In this document: in pieces, positions 22,501 through 34,344 of the stretch
How positions within the stretch are numbered: position 1 is the stretch's first letter
Layout: each line of letters opens with the position of its first letter
NCBI RefSeq assembly: GCF_039654945.1
Contig: NW_027361693.1
Coordinates: 8,122,001-8,186,000, forward strand
Direction of reading: 5' to 3'
Origin: Dendrobates tinctorius
Lineage: Eukaryota
Length of the DNA stretch: 64,000 bases
Made by a program: the position numbers and the translations under genes
The notes under the pieces: generated by a model
Database searches by the model: none
The model's input: only the letters and a program-made list of their open reading frames with translations
Told to the model about the DNA's origin: nothing

Positions 22501-25461
22501 GGGGGGGTGCCACTGATCGCGGCCGGGTTCAGCTGATTATCACAGCTGACACCCGGCACTATGTGCCAGGGGTGGTCACGGGCCACCCCCAGCACATTAA
22601 CCCCCTGGCACACTGTGATCAAACAAGACCGCAGTGTACCGGGGGCATAGCGAAGAATCACGCAGGGAGGGAGCTCTCTGCATGCTTCCCTGAGACCCTC
22701 TTAACAGCACGATGTGATCACGCTGTTCTGAGGGCCTCCTCCCTGCAGGACCCTGTATCCAATATGGCCACAGGGGCCTTCGGAGTCATGCAGGGAGGTG
22801 GCTTCCTCAGTGCCTGCTGAGAGCAGTTGCTGAGAAAGCCTCCTCAGTGCCTGTCAGATCGCTGATCTGACACAGTGCACTGCAAAGTTGCAAAGTGTCA
22901 CATAAGCGATCTGAAACTTTACAGTGATGCCCCCCTGGGACAATAAATGCCGTAAAAAAGAAAAAAAATCAAATGTAAAAATAATTTTTTAAATATTCCC
23001 AAATAAATTAAAAATCCCTAATAAATTCTTTTTTTTGGAAATAAAAAAACAAAAACAATAAAAGTACACATATTTAGTATCGTCATGTCCGTAGTGACCC
23101 GCCCTATAAAACTGTCCCACTAGCTAACTCCTTTAGTGAACCCCTTAGAAAAAAAAAATAAAAAGCAAAGCAAAAACAATGCTTTATCATCATACCGCCG
23201 AACAAACAGTGCAATAACGCGCAATCAAAAAGACAGATATAAATAACCATGGTACCGCTGAAAATGTCATCTTGTTCCGCAAAAAATGAGCTGCCATACA
23301 GCATCATCAGCTAAAAAATAAAAAAGTTATAGCTCGCAGAATAAAGAATGCAAAAAAAATGATTTTTTATATAAAATTGTTTTTATTGTATAAAAGCGGC
23401 AAAACATAAAAAAATATAAATGAGGTATCGCTGCAATCATTCTGACCCGAAGAATAAAACCGCTTTTTCAATTTTACCACACGCAGAATGGTGTAAGCGC
23501 CCCCCCAAAAGAAACTCATGAAATGCTGGTTTTTGTTCATTCTGTGTCCCAAATATTGGAATAAAAAGCGATCAAAACATATTACGTGCCGGAAAATGGT
23601 ACCAATAAAAACGTCAACTCGTTCCGCAAAAAATAAGAGCTCACATGAGTCTGTGGGTCAAAATATGGAAAAATTATAGCTCTCAAAATGTGGTGATGCA
23701 AAAACTATTTCTACAGTAAATAGCGTCTTTTAGCGTGTGACAGCTGCCAAACATAAAAACCCACTATACATAGTAAATAAAATCCCTCTTTATCACCTCC
23801 TTAGTTAGCGAAAAATAATAAAATACAAAAATTTATTTATTTCCATTTTCCCATTAGGGTTAGGGCTAGGGTGTTAGGAGTGGTGGAAGACACTAAATGA
23901 AAAATAAATAAAGTGCCTTCGCCACCTGGGGTCCACCGTGCGGTGGATGGAAAAACTGCTGCTAGAGAGGCAGAGCACAAGGCGGTAATGTGCACAAGGG
24001 TTAGACGGCACCCAGTGCACAAAAGCAAGCTCTGTTATACTCACAGAGCTGAAGGCAAATAAGCTCAAAATAAACGCTGAGTCTGTTCAGAGTCAGACAC
24101 ACAGCGATAAAGTGGCGGTATTCGCGGTCACAGGAGTAGCCTCAAACAGCAGGACTACTCCGTCTAGACCTAGTGTCAAATAAGGTGCGAAGCGTCTCAA
24201 CCGCGGACACAGAGAGAGCTGCAACTGCAGCCCGGCAAAAACTGAGCCGCTGGCAAGGCGCTGCAATAACGCTGGCGCAATGCAGATGCTAAGCTACTGA
24301 GCAAGATGGAGCATATGCGTGTTGGCGCTAGCACTGCTACTGGCTGAACCCAAACACTCACACAATCATATTATCAGAGGGAAGGTGTTTCTAAATAAGT
24401 CAGTCACCAGTCCAAGCATCCATCATCATACATACAGCAGCAAGTATGAAATACTAGCGCATGGCGGAACAGCCATGTGCACTTTTTATACCAAATGGGA
24501 CCTTCCGGAAGTCTCCAAGGCTCCAGGAGGAGCCAATAGGATTAGACACAGGACCTGAGCATGTGACTCCCGAACTCCAATGGGAGCTCGTCCCATGAGC
24601 ATGTTCAGTGGAGGGAACAGAGGACTTAGCCTCTGGAGAGAGTTGCCGCAAGGCACTCTCCTCTGCAATCTCCTCTACCGCAGATGAACCGCAGGAGACT
24701 GCAGGGTCTAGATTTCATCATAGGGAAGGAAGAAATCAGACTCCTAATATTACCCCCCTCATAGGGCCCCCTCCTCCCTGAGCCTTCCGAACCATCAACC
24801 TGGGCTCAAACTCACCCGAAAGCGAGCTTGATGTCCTGGTAGGTGTTACAGTAAACCGGAACACCTGGAAGGCATCAGTTGAAGTAAAGTCACCAAGTTT
24901 CACCAGAGACACTTGGGAGATGGCAGGAGCTGGCGATGCAACTGCATGCCGCTGCGAATCAGCGACCGTCACCACTCTCCGCTTAGGAAGGTTAACCTAG
25001 GCACATGAAGTGCAAGCCTGGATAAATTTTTTAATATCCCGATCTCTATGAGGCCTCCAATACGCTCTGGCCAAGAGCTTCGAGATTTGCATATAACCTC
25101 GATGTTGAGGCACTTGGGAGGCATGCGCCCATGCGAGAACTTGAGCCCTAAGATTGAAAGGAGGGACAAAAGTCTCGGTGACCGGTTCAGATTCTGAAAA
25201 AAGAGGATGAATGAACTCATGGAGATCAACATCCAACACTGCGGAGACACCATCACATGTTTCTTAACGCAGTGATTCTAGAGCAATGCCCCCATCCCTT
25301 ACGGGAAATATGCAAAAACATGCAAAACACAAGCCGCGGAGACACCATCACACGTTTCTCAATGCAAGCAATGACTAGCCAGGTCTTTCCCCGGGAAGGA
25401 ACAACCACGGGAAGGGCAGTCTCCAATGAAGGAAACCACCTATGCCAAAACATGGTATCCA

Positions 25462-25505
25462 TCCACAGACAGCTGTTTCGGGGTATTGCCCCTCATCAGT
25501 GTGGA
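25462..25505 (-). ncRNA. Type I hammerhead ribozyme, canonical core
   Basis: TCCACA-CTGATGA-GGGG(caata)CCCC-GAAA-CAGCTG-TC-TGTGGA. Confidence 0.93.
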
Positions 25506-25814
25506 GTAGGAAACTGGCTAGTAGGAGCAATGCCTAGTAAAAGACTGTGAAAAATGAGGACGAATGAACTCATGGAGATCAACATCCAACACTGCGGAGA
25601 CACCATCACATGTTTCTCAACGCAGTGATTCTAGAGCAATGCCCCCATCCCTTACGGGAAATATGCAAAAACATGCAAAACACAAGCCGCGGAGACACCA
25701 TCACATGTTTCTCAACGCAAGCAATGACTAGCCAGGTCTTTCCCCGGGAAGGAACAACCACGGGAAGGGCAGTCTCCAATGAAGGAAACCACCTATGCCA
25801 AAACATGGTATCCA

Positions 25815-25858
25815 TCCACAGACAGCTGTTTTGGGGTATTGCCCCTCATCAGTGTGGA
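25815..25858 (-). ncRNA. Type I hammerhead ribozyme, G12A mutant (likely inactive)
   Basis: Same motif, but GAAA is changed to AAAA at 25832. Confidence 0.85.
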
Positions 25859-26004
25859 GTAGGAAACTGGCTAGTAGGAGCAATGCCTAGTAAAAGACTG
25901 TGAAAAATGAGGATGAATGAACTCATGTTGCTCTCCATGAGTTCATTCATCCTCATTTTTCACAGTCTTTTACTAGGCATTGCTCCTACTAGCCAGTTTC
26001 CTAC

Positions 26005-26048
26005 TCCACACTGATGAGGGGCAATACCCCGAAACAGCTGTCTGTGGA
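26005..26048 (+). ncRNA. Type I hammerhead ribozyme, canonical core
   Basis: TCCACA CTGATGA GGGG CAATA CCCC GAAA CAGCTG TC TGTGGA; predicted cleavage after C26042. Confidence 0.93.
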
Positions 26049-26135
26049 TGGATACCATGTTTTGGCATAGGTGGTTTCCTTCATTGGAGACTCCCCTTCC
26101 CGTGGTTGTTCCTTCCCGGGGAAAGACCTGGCTAG

Positions 26136-27071
26136 TTATTGCTTGTGTTGAGAAACATGTGATGGTGTCTTCGCGGCTTGTGTTTTGCGCGGTTCAGATT
26201 CTGACCTTTGCGGGGAGCTGGCTTCCGGAGAAACCACACATACATGGGGACAACTGCAAATGGATTCCTTATCAGAGTCTGTGTTGAGATCAGTATGAGA
26301 CACCTCCATGGGCTCAGGGGGTATAACCTCTGGCTCAGACAGCTCAGGAGGTATAAAAAATTTAGGAGCTGAGGCAGCTCTTCGCTTGGAGTGAGCCCTC
26401 TCCATACCGCGCTCTGAAAAACGGAGGTCGATATGTGAGGAGACGGAAATTAGCTCTTCCAAACTGGTGGGGATCTTTTTAGTGGAGAGAGCATCCTTCA
26501 CGTGCTCTCCTAGACCTCGCCAAAAAATGGGGATAAGCGCTCTGTCGGACCATTCCAACTCGGACACCAGTGTCCGAGAACGGATGGCATACTGGCTAAC
26601 CGAGAGCGACCCCTGAGTAAGGGTGAGCAGCTGCAGAGACGTATCGTGCGTGACCCGAGGACCGAGAAATACTTGCTTGATGGCAGTTAGCAAGTTGGCT
26701 GCAGTCTGAATCTCGAGGTCACCACGTTCCCATAGAGGCGTAGCCCACTCCAGAGCCTTGCCCAACAGTAGGGAAATTATGAAGGCCACCTTAGCCCACT
26801 CTGCAGGGAATTGCGCAGCCAGCAGATCCAGGTGTATATAGCACTGGCTGATGAAACCCCTGCAGGAGGCGCCATCCCCAGAGAATTTTTTGGGCAACGG
26901 GAGGAGGGTAACTGTTGGCACAATGGAGGACATGGACATACGCCCCACGGCATCTGTGAGTGCCTGAACAGCAGCATCTGTGGCCTGCGCAGCTGCGAGA
27001 GACCTCTCAAGGGTGGCCAAACGAGCATCGAGCTGTTGCACACACTGCACCAGTTGCTGCTGATCTGCCAT
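26136..27071 (-). CDS. Ty3/Gypsy Gag (retrotransposon gag domain); last ~18 aa come from the retrozyme
   Basis: LPKKFSGD..CRGFISQC..AKVAFIISLL.GKALEWATPLWE..LTQGSLSVSQY..FWRGL..VKDAL..PEPMEV. ATG lies ~30 nt from the LTR. Confidence 0.88.
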   Translation of the reverse strand: MADQQQLVQCVQQLDARLATLERSLAAAQATDAAVQALTDAVGRMSMSSIVPTVTLLPLPKKFSGDGASCRGFISQCYIHLDLLAAQFPAEWAKVAFIISLLLGKALEWATPLWERGDLEIQTAANLLTAIKQVFLGPRVTHDTSLQLLTLTQGSLSVSQYAIRSRTLVSELEWSDRALIPIFWRGLGEHVKDALSTKKIPTSLEELISVSSHIDLRFSERGMERAHSKRRAASAPKFFIPPELSEPEVIPPEPMEVSHTDLNTDSDKESICSCPHVCVVSPEASSPQRSESEPRKTQAAKTPSHVSQHKQ

Positions 27072-28690
27072 CTCTAGCCAGACCCAGGAGCTAGTATTAT
27101 GTTAGGAGTGGCGGAAGACACTAAATGAAAAATAAATAAAGTGCCTTCGCCACCCGGGGTCCACCGTGCGATGAATGGAAAAACCGCTGCTAGAGAGGCA
27201 GAGCACAAGGCGGTAATGTGCACAAGGGTTAGACGGCACCCAGTGCACAAAAGCAAGCTCTGTTATACTCACAGAGCTGAAGGCAAATAAGCTCAAAATA
27301 AACGCTGAGTCTGTTCAGAGTCAGACACACAGCGATACAGTGGCGGTATTCGCGGTCACAGGAGTAGCCTCAAACAGCAGGACTACTCCGTCTAGACCTA
27401 GTGTCAAATAAGGTGCGAAGCGTCTCAACTGCGGACACAGAGAGAGCTGCAACTGCAGCCCGGCAAAAACTGAGCCGCTGACAAGGCGCTGCAATAACGC
27501 TGGCGCAATGCAGATGCTAAGCTACTGAGCAAGATGGAGCATATGCGTGCTGGCGCTAGCGCTGCTACTGGCTGAACCCAAACACTCACACAATCATATT
27601 ATCAGAGGGAAGGGGTTTCTAAATAAGTCAGTCACCAGTCCAAGCATCCATCATCATACATACAGCAGCAAGTATGAAATACTAGCGCATGGCGGAACAG
27701 CCATGCGCACTTTTTATACCAAATGGGACCTTCCGGAAGTCTCCAAGGCTCCAGGAGGAGCCAATAGGATTAGACACAGGACCTGAGCATGTGACTCCCG
27801 AACTCCAATGGGAGCTCGTCCCATGAGCATGCTCAGTGGAGGGAACAGAGGACTTAGCCTCTGGAGAGAGTTGCCGCAAGGCACTCTCCTCTGCAATCTC
27901 CTCTACCGCAGATGAACCGCAGGAGACTGCAGGGTCTAGATTTCATCATAGGGAAGGAAGAAATCAGACTCCTAATATTACCCCCCCTCATAGGGCCCCC
28001 TCCTCCCTGAGCCTTCCGAACCATCAACCTGGGCTCAAACTCACCCGAAAGCGAGCTTGATGTCCTGGTAGGTGTTACAGTAAACCGGAACACCTGGAAG
28101 GCATCAGTTGAAGTAAAGTCACCAGGTTTCACCAGAGACACTTGGGAGATGGCAGGAGCTGGCGATGCAACTGCACGCCGCTGCGAATCAGCGACCGTCA
28201 CCACTCTCCGCTTAGGAAGGTTAACCTAGGCACATGAAGTGCAAGCCTGGATAAATTTTTTAATATCCCGATCTCTATGAGGCCTCCAATACGCTCTGGC
28301 CAAGAGCTTCGAGATTTGCATATAACCTCGATGTTGAGGCACTTGGGAGGCATGCGCCCATGCGAGAACTTGAGCCCTAAGATTGAAAGGAGGGACAAAA
28401 GTCTCGGTGACCGGTTCAGATTCTGAAAAAAGAGGATGAATGAACTCATGGAGATCAACATCCAACACTGCGGAGACACCATCACATGTTTCTCAACGCA
28501 GTGATTCTAGAGCAATGCCCCCATCCCTTACGGGAAATATGCAAAAACATGCAAAACACAAGCCGCGGAGACACCATCACATGTTTCTCAACGCAAGCAA
28601 TGACTAGCCAGGTCTTTCCCCGGGAAGGAACAACCACGGGAAGGGCAGTCTCCAATGAAGGAAACCACCTATGCCAAAACATGGTATCCA

Positions 28691-28734
28691 TCCACAGACA
28701 GCTGTTTCGGGGTATTGCCCCTCATCAGTGTGGA
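28691..28734 (-). ncRNA. Type I hammerhead ribozyme, canonical core (duplicated Gypsy unit)
   Basis: Identical to 25462-25505. Confidence 0.92.
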
Positions 28735-29349
28735 GTAGGAAACTGGCTAGTAGGAGCAATGCCTAGTAAAAGACTGTGAAAAATGAGGATGGCCAAACGA
28801 GCATCGAGCTGTTGCACACACTGCACCAGTTGCTGCTGATCTGCCATCTCTAGCCAGACCCAGGAGCTAGTATTATGTTAGGAGTGGCGGAAGACACTAA
28901 ATGAAAAATAAATAAAGTGCCTTCACCACCCGGGGTCCACCGTGCGGTGAATGGAAAAACCGCTGCTAGAGAGGCAGAGCACAAGGCGGTAATGTGCACA
29001 AGGGTTAGACGGCACCCAGTGCACAAAAGCAAGCTCTGTTATACTCACAGAGCTGCAGGAAAATAAGCTCAAAATAAACACTGAGTATGTTCAGAGTCAC
29101 AGACACACAGCGATACAGTGGCGGTATTCGCGGTCACAGGAGTAGCCTTAAACAGCAGGACTACTCCGTCTAGACCTACCGTCAAATAAGGTGCGAAGCA
29201 TCGCAACGGTGGATGCAGAGAAAGCTGCAACTGCAGCCCGGCAAAAACTGAGCCGCTGGCAAGGCGCTGCAATAACGCCTAACAGACTCCTAACATAGGG
29301 TTAGGGCTAGGGTTAGAGCTAAGGTGTGTAGAGGTTAGGGTTGGAGCTA

Positions 29350-31400
29350 GAATTGGGGATTTCCACTGTTTAGGAACATCAGGGGCTCTTCAAATGCAAC
29401 ATGGCGTCCGGTCCAATTCTGCATTGGAAAAGCCAAACGGTGCTCCTTCCCTTCCAAGCTCTGCCATGCGCCCAAACAGTGGTTAACCCCCACATATGGA
29501 GTATCAGCATACTCAGGACAAATTGCACAACAACTTTTTTGGTTCTATTTTCTCCTGTTACCCTTGAGAAAATAAAAAATTGGGAGCAAATAAATCATTT
29601 TTGTAGAAAAAATGATTTTTTAAATTTTTATGGCTCTATGTTATAAACTTCTGTGAAGCACTTGGGGGTTCAAAGTGCTCACCACACATCTAGGTAAGTT
29701 CCTTGGGTGGTCTAGTTTCCAAAATGGGATCACTTGTGGGGGGTTTCCACAGTTGAGGCACATCAGGTGCTCTCCAAACGTGACATGACACCCACAGACC
29801 TTTTAATCAAAGTCTATATTCCAAAATGTCACTACTTCCCTTCCGAGCCCCGATGTGTGCCAATACAGTAGTTTTCTCCCACATATGTGGTATCACCATA
29901 CTGAGGACAAATTGGACAACAACTTTTGGGATCCAATTTCTCCTGTTACCCTTGGTAAAATAAAAAAATGGGGACTAAAAGATCTTTTTTGTGGAAAAAA
30001 TATGATTTTTTTATTTTAACGCACGGGCGTTACAAACTTCAGTGAAGCCCTTGGGGGTTCAAAGTGCTCACCACACATCTAGATAAGTTCCTTGGGGGGT
30101 CTAGTTACCAAAATTGTGTCACTTGTGGGGGTTTCCACAGTTTAGGCACATCATGGGCTCTCCAAACGCGACATGGCGCCCTATCTCTAATCCAGCCAAT
30201 TTTGCATCAAGCGGTGCTCCTTCCCTTCTGAGCTCTGCCATACGCTCAAACAGTGGTTTACCCCCACATATGGGGTATCAGCATACTTAGGACAAATTTC
30301 ACAACAACTTTTTGGGTCCTGTTTCCCTCGGGAAAATAACAATTGGGGTGAAAAGATCAATTTTGTGGAAAAAATATGATTTTTTAATTTTACGGCTGTA
30401 CATTATAAACTTATGTGAAGCCCATGGGGGTTCAAAGTTCTCACCACACATCTAGATAAGTTCCTTGGGGGATCTAGTTTCCAAAATGGGGTCACTTGTG
30501 GGGAGTTTCCACTGTTTTGGCACATCCAAATGTGAAAAGGCGTCCGATCTCAATTCCAGCCAATTTTGCATTGAAAAAATCAAACGGCGCTCCTTCCCTT
30601 TCGAGCTCTGCCATGTGCCGAAACAGAGGTTCCCCCTCACATATCAGGTATCAGCGTACTCAGGTCAAATTGGGGGTGTCTAGTTTCCAAAATGGTGTCA
30701 TTTGTGAGGGTTGCCACTGTTTTGGCACATCAGGGGCTTTCCAAACGCGACATGGCATCCGATCTCAATTCCAGCCAAAAAAGTCAAACAGTGCTCATTC
30801 ACTTCCGAGCACTGCCATGCCCCCAAACAGTGGTTCACCCCCACATATCGGGTATCATCGTACTCAGGACAAATTGCAAAATAACGCTTGGGGTCCTGTT
30901 TCCCTTGGGAAAATAACAATTGAGGGTGAAAAGATCATTTTTGTGGAAAAAATATGATTTTTTAATTTTACAGCTGTACGTTATAAACTTATGTGAAACC
31001 CATGGGGGGTCAAAGTTTTCACCACACATCTAGATAAGTTCCTTGGTGGGTCTAGTTTCCAAAATGGTGTCACTTGTGGGGAGTTTCCACTGTTTAGGCA
31101 CATCAGGGGCTCTCCAAATGTGAAACGGCGTCCGATCTCAATTCCAGCCAATTTTGCATTGAAAAAGTCAAACGGCGCTCCTTCCCTTTCGAGCTCTGCC
31201 ATGTGCCGAAACAGAGGTTCCCCCTCACATATCAGGTATCAGCGTACTTAGGTCAAATTGCACAATAACTTTTGCAGTTCAATTTCTCCTGTTACCCTTG
31301 GTAAAATAAAAAAATGGACCTGAAATAATTTTTTTGTGAAAGAAAGTTAAATGTTCATTTTTTTAAACATTCAAAATATTCCTGTGAAGCACGTGAAGGG
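29350..31400 (+). repeat. Diverged tandem array of ~360-bp units inside the TTAA-type element
   Basis: Recurring CACCACACATCTAG(A/G)TAAGTTCCTTGG..CTAGTTTCCAAAATGG near 29680, 30069, 30442 and 31020. Confidence 0.85.
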
Positions 31401-32405
31401 TTAATGAACTTCTTGAATGTGGTTTTGAGTACCGTCAGGGGTGCAGTTTTTAGAATGATATCACTTTTGGGTATTTTCTATCATATAGATCCCTCAAAGT
31501 GACTTCAAATGTGATGTGGTCCCTAAAAAAATGGTGTTGTAAAAATGAGAAATCGCTGGTCAACTTTTAACCCTTTATAACTTCCTAACTAAAAAATTTT
31601 GGTTCCAAGATTGTGCTGATGTAAAGTAAACATGTAGGAAATGTTACTTATTAAGTTTTTTGTATGCCATATCTCTGTGATTTAAGGGCATAAAAATTCA
31701 AATTTGGAAAATTGCAAAATTTTCAAAATTTTTGCCAAATTTCCATTTTTTTCACAAATAAGTGCAAGTTATATGAATAAAATTTTACCACTATCATGAA
31801 GTACAATATGTCATGAGAAAAACAATGTCAGAATCACCAGGATGCATGGAAGCATTCCAGAGTTATTACCTCATAAAGGGATAGTGGTCAGAATTGTAAA
31901 AATTGGTCCGGTCATTAACGTGCAAACCACCCTTAGGGTTAAAGCGGTTAAAACCTAGTTTCTGAAAATTTCAACACAAGGGTCAATACACATTTCAATA
32001 ATACTGGAGAAACACAGTGAAATCAATTAAAGACAATAAAAATTATATAACCCCTTCCTGCTGAAGGATGTACATTTACATCTCTATGTAGAATATTTTA
32101 CCCAGTCAGCCAGCAATTTACCTTATGTACGTTCCAGGGATAGCATAGGAGCATTAGCTACACACGTTTTATATGCACCAAAAACAGTTGTTATTTACAT
32201 CTAAGCTTCTACTGCATCTGCTAGATCCGATTACAAAAGTTTACTTCCTCTGATGCCGTGATTCTCAGCCAATAGGTAACAAAACAAACACAGGTTGCCC
32301 ACGGGTTGCTGTAGCAATCAAAGGTCTTTGGTTGTGCCATCATTAAAGGCCTACTGGATACTGCCTGAGGCAATGTGTCATTAGCGGCTTATTAGTATAA
32401 CACTA

Positions 32406-32813
32406 AAGGGGGTTTTACACTAAGCGATATCGCTAGCAATATCGCTAAAATGTCACTGATTTTGTGACATTATAGCGATATTGCTAGCGATATCGCTATG
32501 TGTGATACCTACCTCCGACCGGCTCCCCCGCTGTCCATCGCTGATCGCGCAAGATCGGGCGGCTCCATTTCTCGTCGTCAGCTTCCTGCTGGACTTCCTG
32601 CTGTGTGAGACGAGCGACACGTGGAGGCGGGCGGGAGGACGTCAGGATCGCTGTGTGTGAAAGGTGAGTATCGTGCACTGCGTAGCTGCTGCATCGCTGT
32701 GAGATCTTTCTGTGTGAAAGCTCACTAGCAATCATTTAGCGATTCACCAGCGATCCTGACCCGGTTGGATCGCTGGTCGGATCGCTGGTGCATTGCTAAA
32801 TGTAAAAGGGCCT
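32406..32813. mobile_element. MITE (Harbinger-like); reverse-complement relative of 45245-45652
   Basis: Shared TIR (..ACACTAAGCGATATCGCTAG) and internal sequence. Confidence 0.8.
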
Positions 32814-33318
32814 TAAGGGAAAGGCTACTGCACTGTCCTACACAAGTCATGCAGGTACTAATAAAAACTGAAGATTCATTGATGAGATGCCACCAATCAC
32901 CAGCATCCAATATACTTGTCACTGTATTATAGAATAAATAGAAATTTTAAAACATGTCTATGAGATTGGAAGTGGCCTACATCTTACTGGAGATCCAGGA
33001 GGAGTAGGGGAGATGACAGCACACCTGCTCCTGTGCCAGTGTCACACACAGGAATTGGTTTACATCTGATAGATGCAAATGCAATTGAGAGCAGGAAGGG
33101 AGCAATGGCCAGGACGCAGGACAGATAGAGGGGTGAGCAGTGTCAGTGACTGACGTTGGTCACCTCCGTGCCTGCAACCCCCTCGGGTTGGCAAAATTTA
33201 GCACCCTAGGCAATTATCTACCCTAACAATCTCTTGTGCCGTCCCTGGGTGTGAAACTACTACACAAAACACTAGATAGTGCTGAAACAGTTTGCATGCA
33301 TTATATTTGTTATATTTG

Positions 33319-33520
33319 GACCCGTGGAAGCGATAGAGCAGCGCGAAACGGCCGTTGTCAGCTTGTGAACACTCTTGCCACTCTACTCTGACCTGACATG
33401 TAACTACGTGTCAATAAAGGAGCTATATTTCATCCTATCGAGTGCGACCTTTTTCTTCATATGGATTCAATTATATTTGTTATGTTTGTGGACTCTTAGC
33501 TCACATTTACAAGGTAAGAG
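33319..33520 (+). mobile_element. Solo PLE pLTR remnant with a degenerate hammerhead (33319-33359)
   Basis: GAC-CCGTGGA-A-GCG..CGC-GAAA-CGGCCG-TT-GTC, then AATAAA at 33413 and AAG|GTAAGA at 33514. Confidence 0.55.
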
Positions 33521-34344
33521 TTTTTTAAATACAGTATCTATAACATTTCTAACTCTTTTTGCTAGAATCCATGAATGAAAACATTTATGCAACATATTAA
33601 CATTTGAGAGTCCTCAGTGGTTTTCTATCTAATGGCTAAAACGACACAAATATATATTTTTCCTGTATCGATATTTATGCAAAAGCTCTGCTGTCAGTGG
33701 ATGCATACTTGCTGAGAAATAATTCATATTGTATGAACTTGACTTTCCTATTTTAAAGTATATTACCTAATTTCAACATGTGTGTATAGTTCAGCACACT
33801 GGATAAGACAATATTAACCCATATTTTGTATGCCTGATGTGCACTTGTATTTATTCAGTAAACATTTAACATATAAGATGCGCCATGAAGGAGAATAATT
33901 AGTGTGTTCCCTGTTCCTGAACTCCTGGAGTGCAACATGGCAACCTCGGTTGACTGCTTATGCTGTTAAAGAGCAGAAAGAAAAACATTTAAGGCATTCT
34001 ATCTTCCTTAAGCTATGCAATTTCCCCAAAAGAGTAATTTTTACAGTAGTGAATAGAGTTTTTAATACCTTAACCCTTTCTCTGCCAAGGACATGTCTCA
34101 TATATCAGTAGCCAAGGGCATGAGATACATCATACCTGCTAATGGTCAGAGAATTTCAGCCTTAAAATAAGTCCTGTATCACTTTGATCCATACTGAGAT
34201 ATAGCCTGTTTAATGACTCGTCCTTACTGTAGACAGTGTGAAGGTGGAGAGGAAGGTAGTTAATAGGCTGCAGGAACTGGAGAGAGATGATGCGTGATTT
34301 CCTCTTGTCCTTGGGTAAGAGTAGGTGTGTGTCTCACCAGTAAA

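Larger units (their letters stand above)
25198..26189. mobile_element. Non-LTR retrozyme insertion: two 353-bp tandem monomers (-) and an inverted partial monomer (+)
   Basis: TSD CGGTTCAGATTCTGA (25183-25197 and 26190-26204). One type I HHR per monomer. Confidence 0.88.
23872..29295 (-). mobile_element. Non-autonomous Ty3/Gypsy (sushi-like) element with three LTRs
   Basis: LTRs at 23872-24749, 27100-27977 and 28876-29295. Polypurine tracts (PPT) abut 24750 and 27978. 5-bp TSD TAGGG (23867-23871 and 29296-29300). Integrase Zn-finger remnants (H..H..CTSC) at 24997-25190 and 28226-28420. Confidence 0.92.
22402..31951. mobile_element. Large non-autonomous TTAA-type (piggyBac-like) DNA element hosting the Gypsy array
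   Basis: Degenerate TTAACCCCTT/AAGGGGTTAA-type ends, non-coding, with an internal tandem array. Related fragments occur at 16785-17541, 42200-42660 and 45790-46080. Confidence 0.6.

Noticed and set aside
25198-26189. CRISPR-like array, or protein-coding 97-aa and 69-aa repeats
   Set aside because: The units are near-identical 353-bp monomers with no unique spacers, in a eukaryotic context. They are explained by the hammerhead repeat.
26136-27071. Domesticated PEG10/RTL-like host gene
   Set aside because: It lies between LTRs with PPT and TSD, so it is an ordinary retrotransposon gag.
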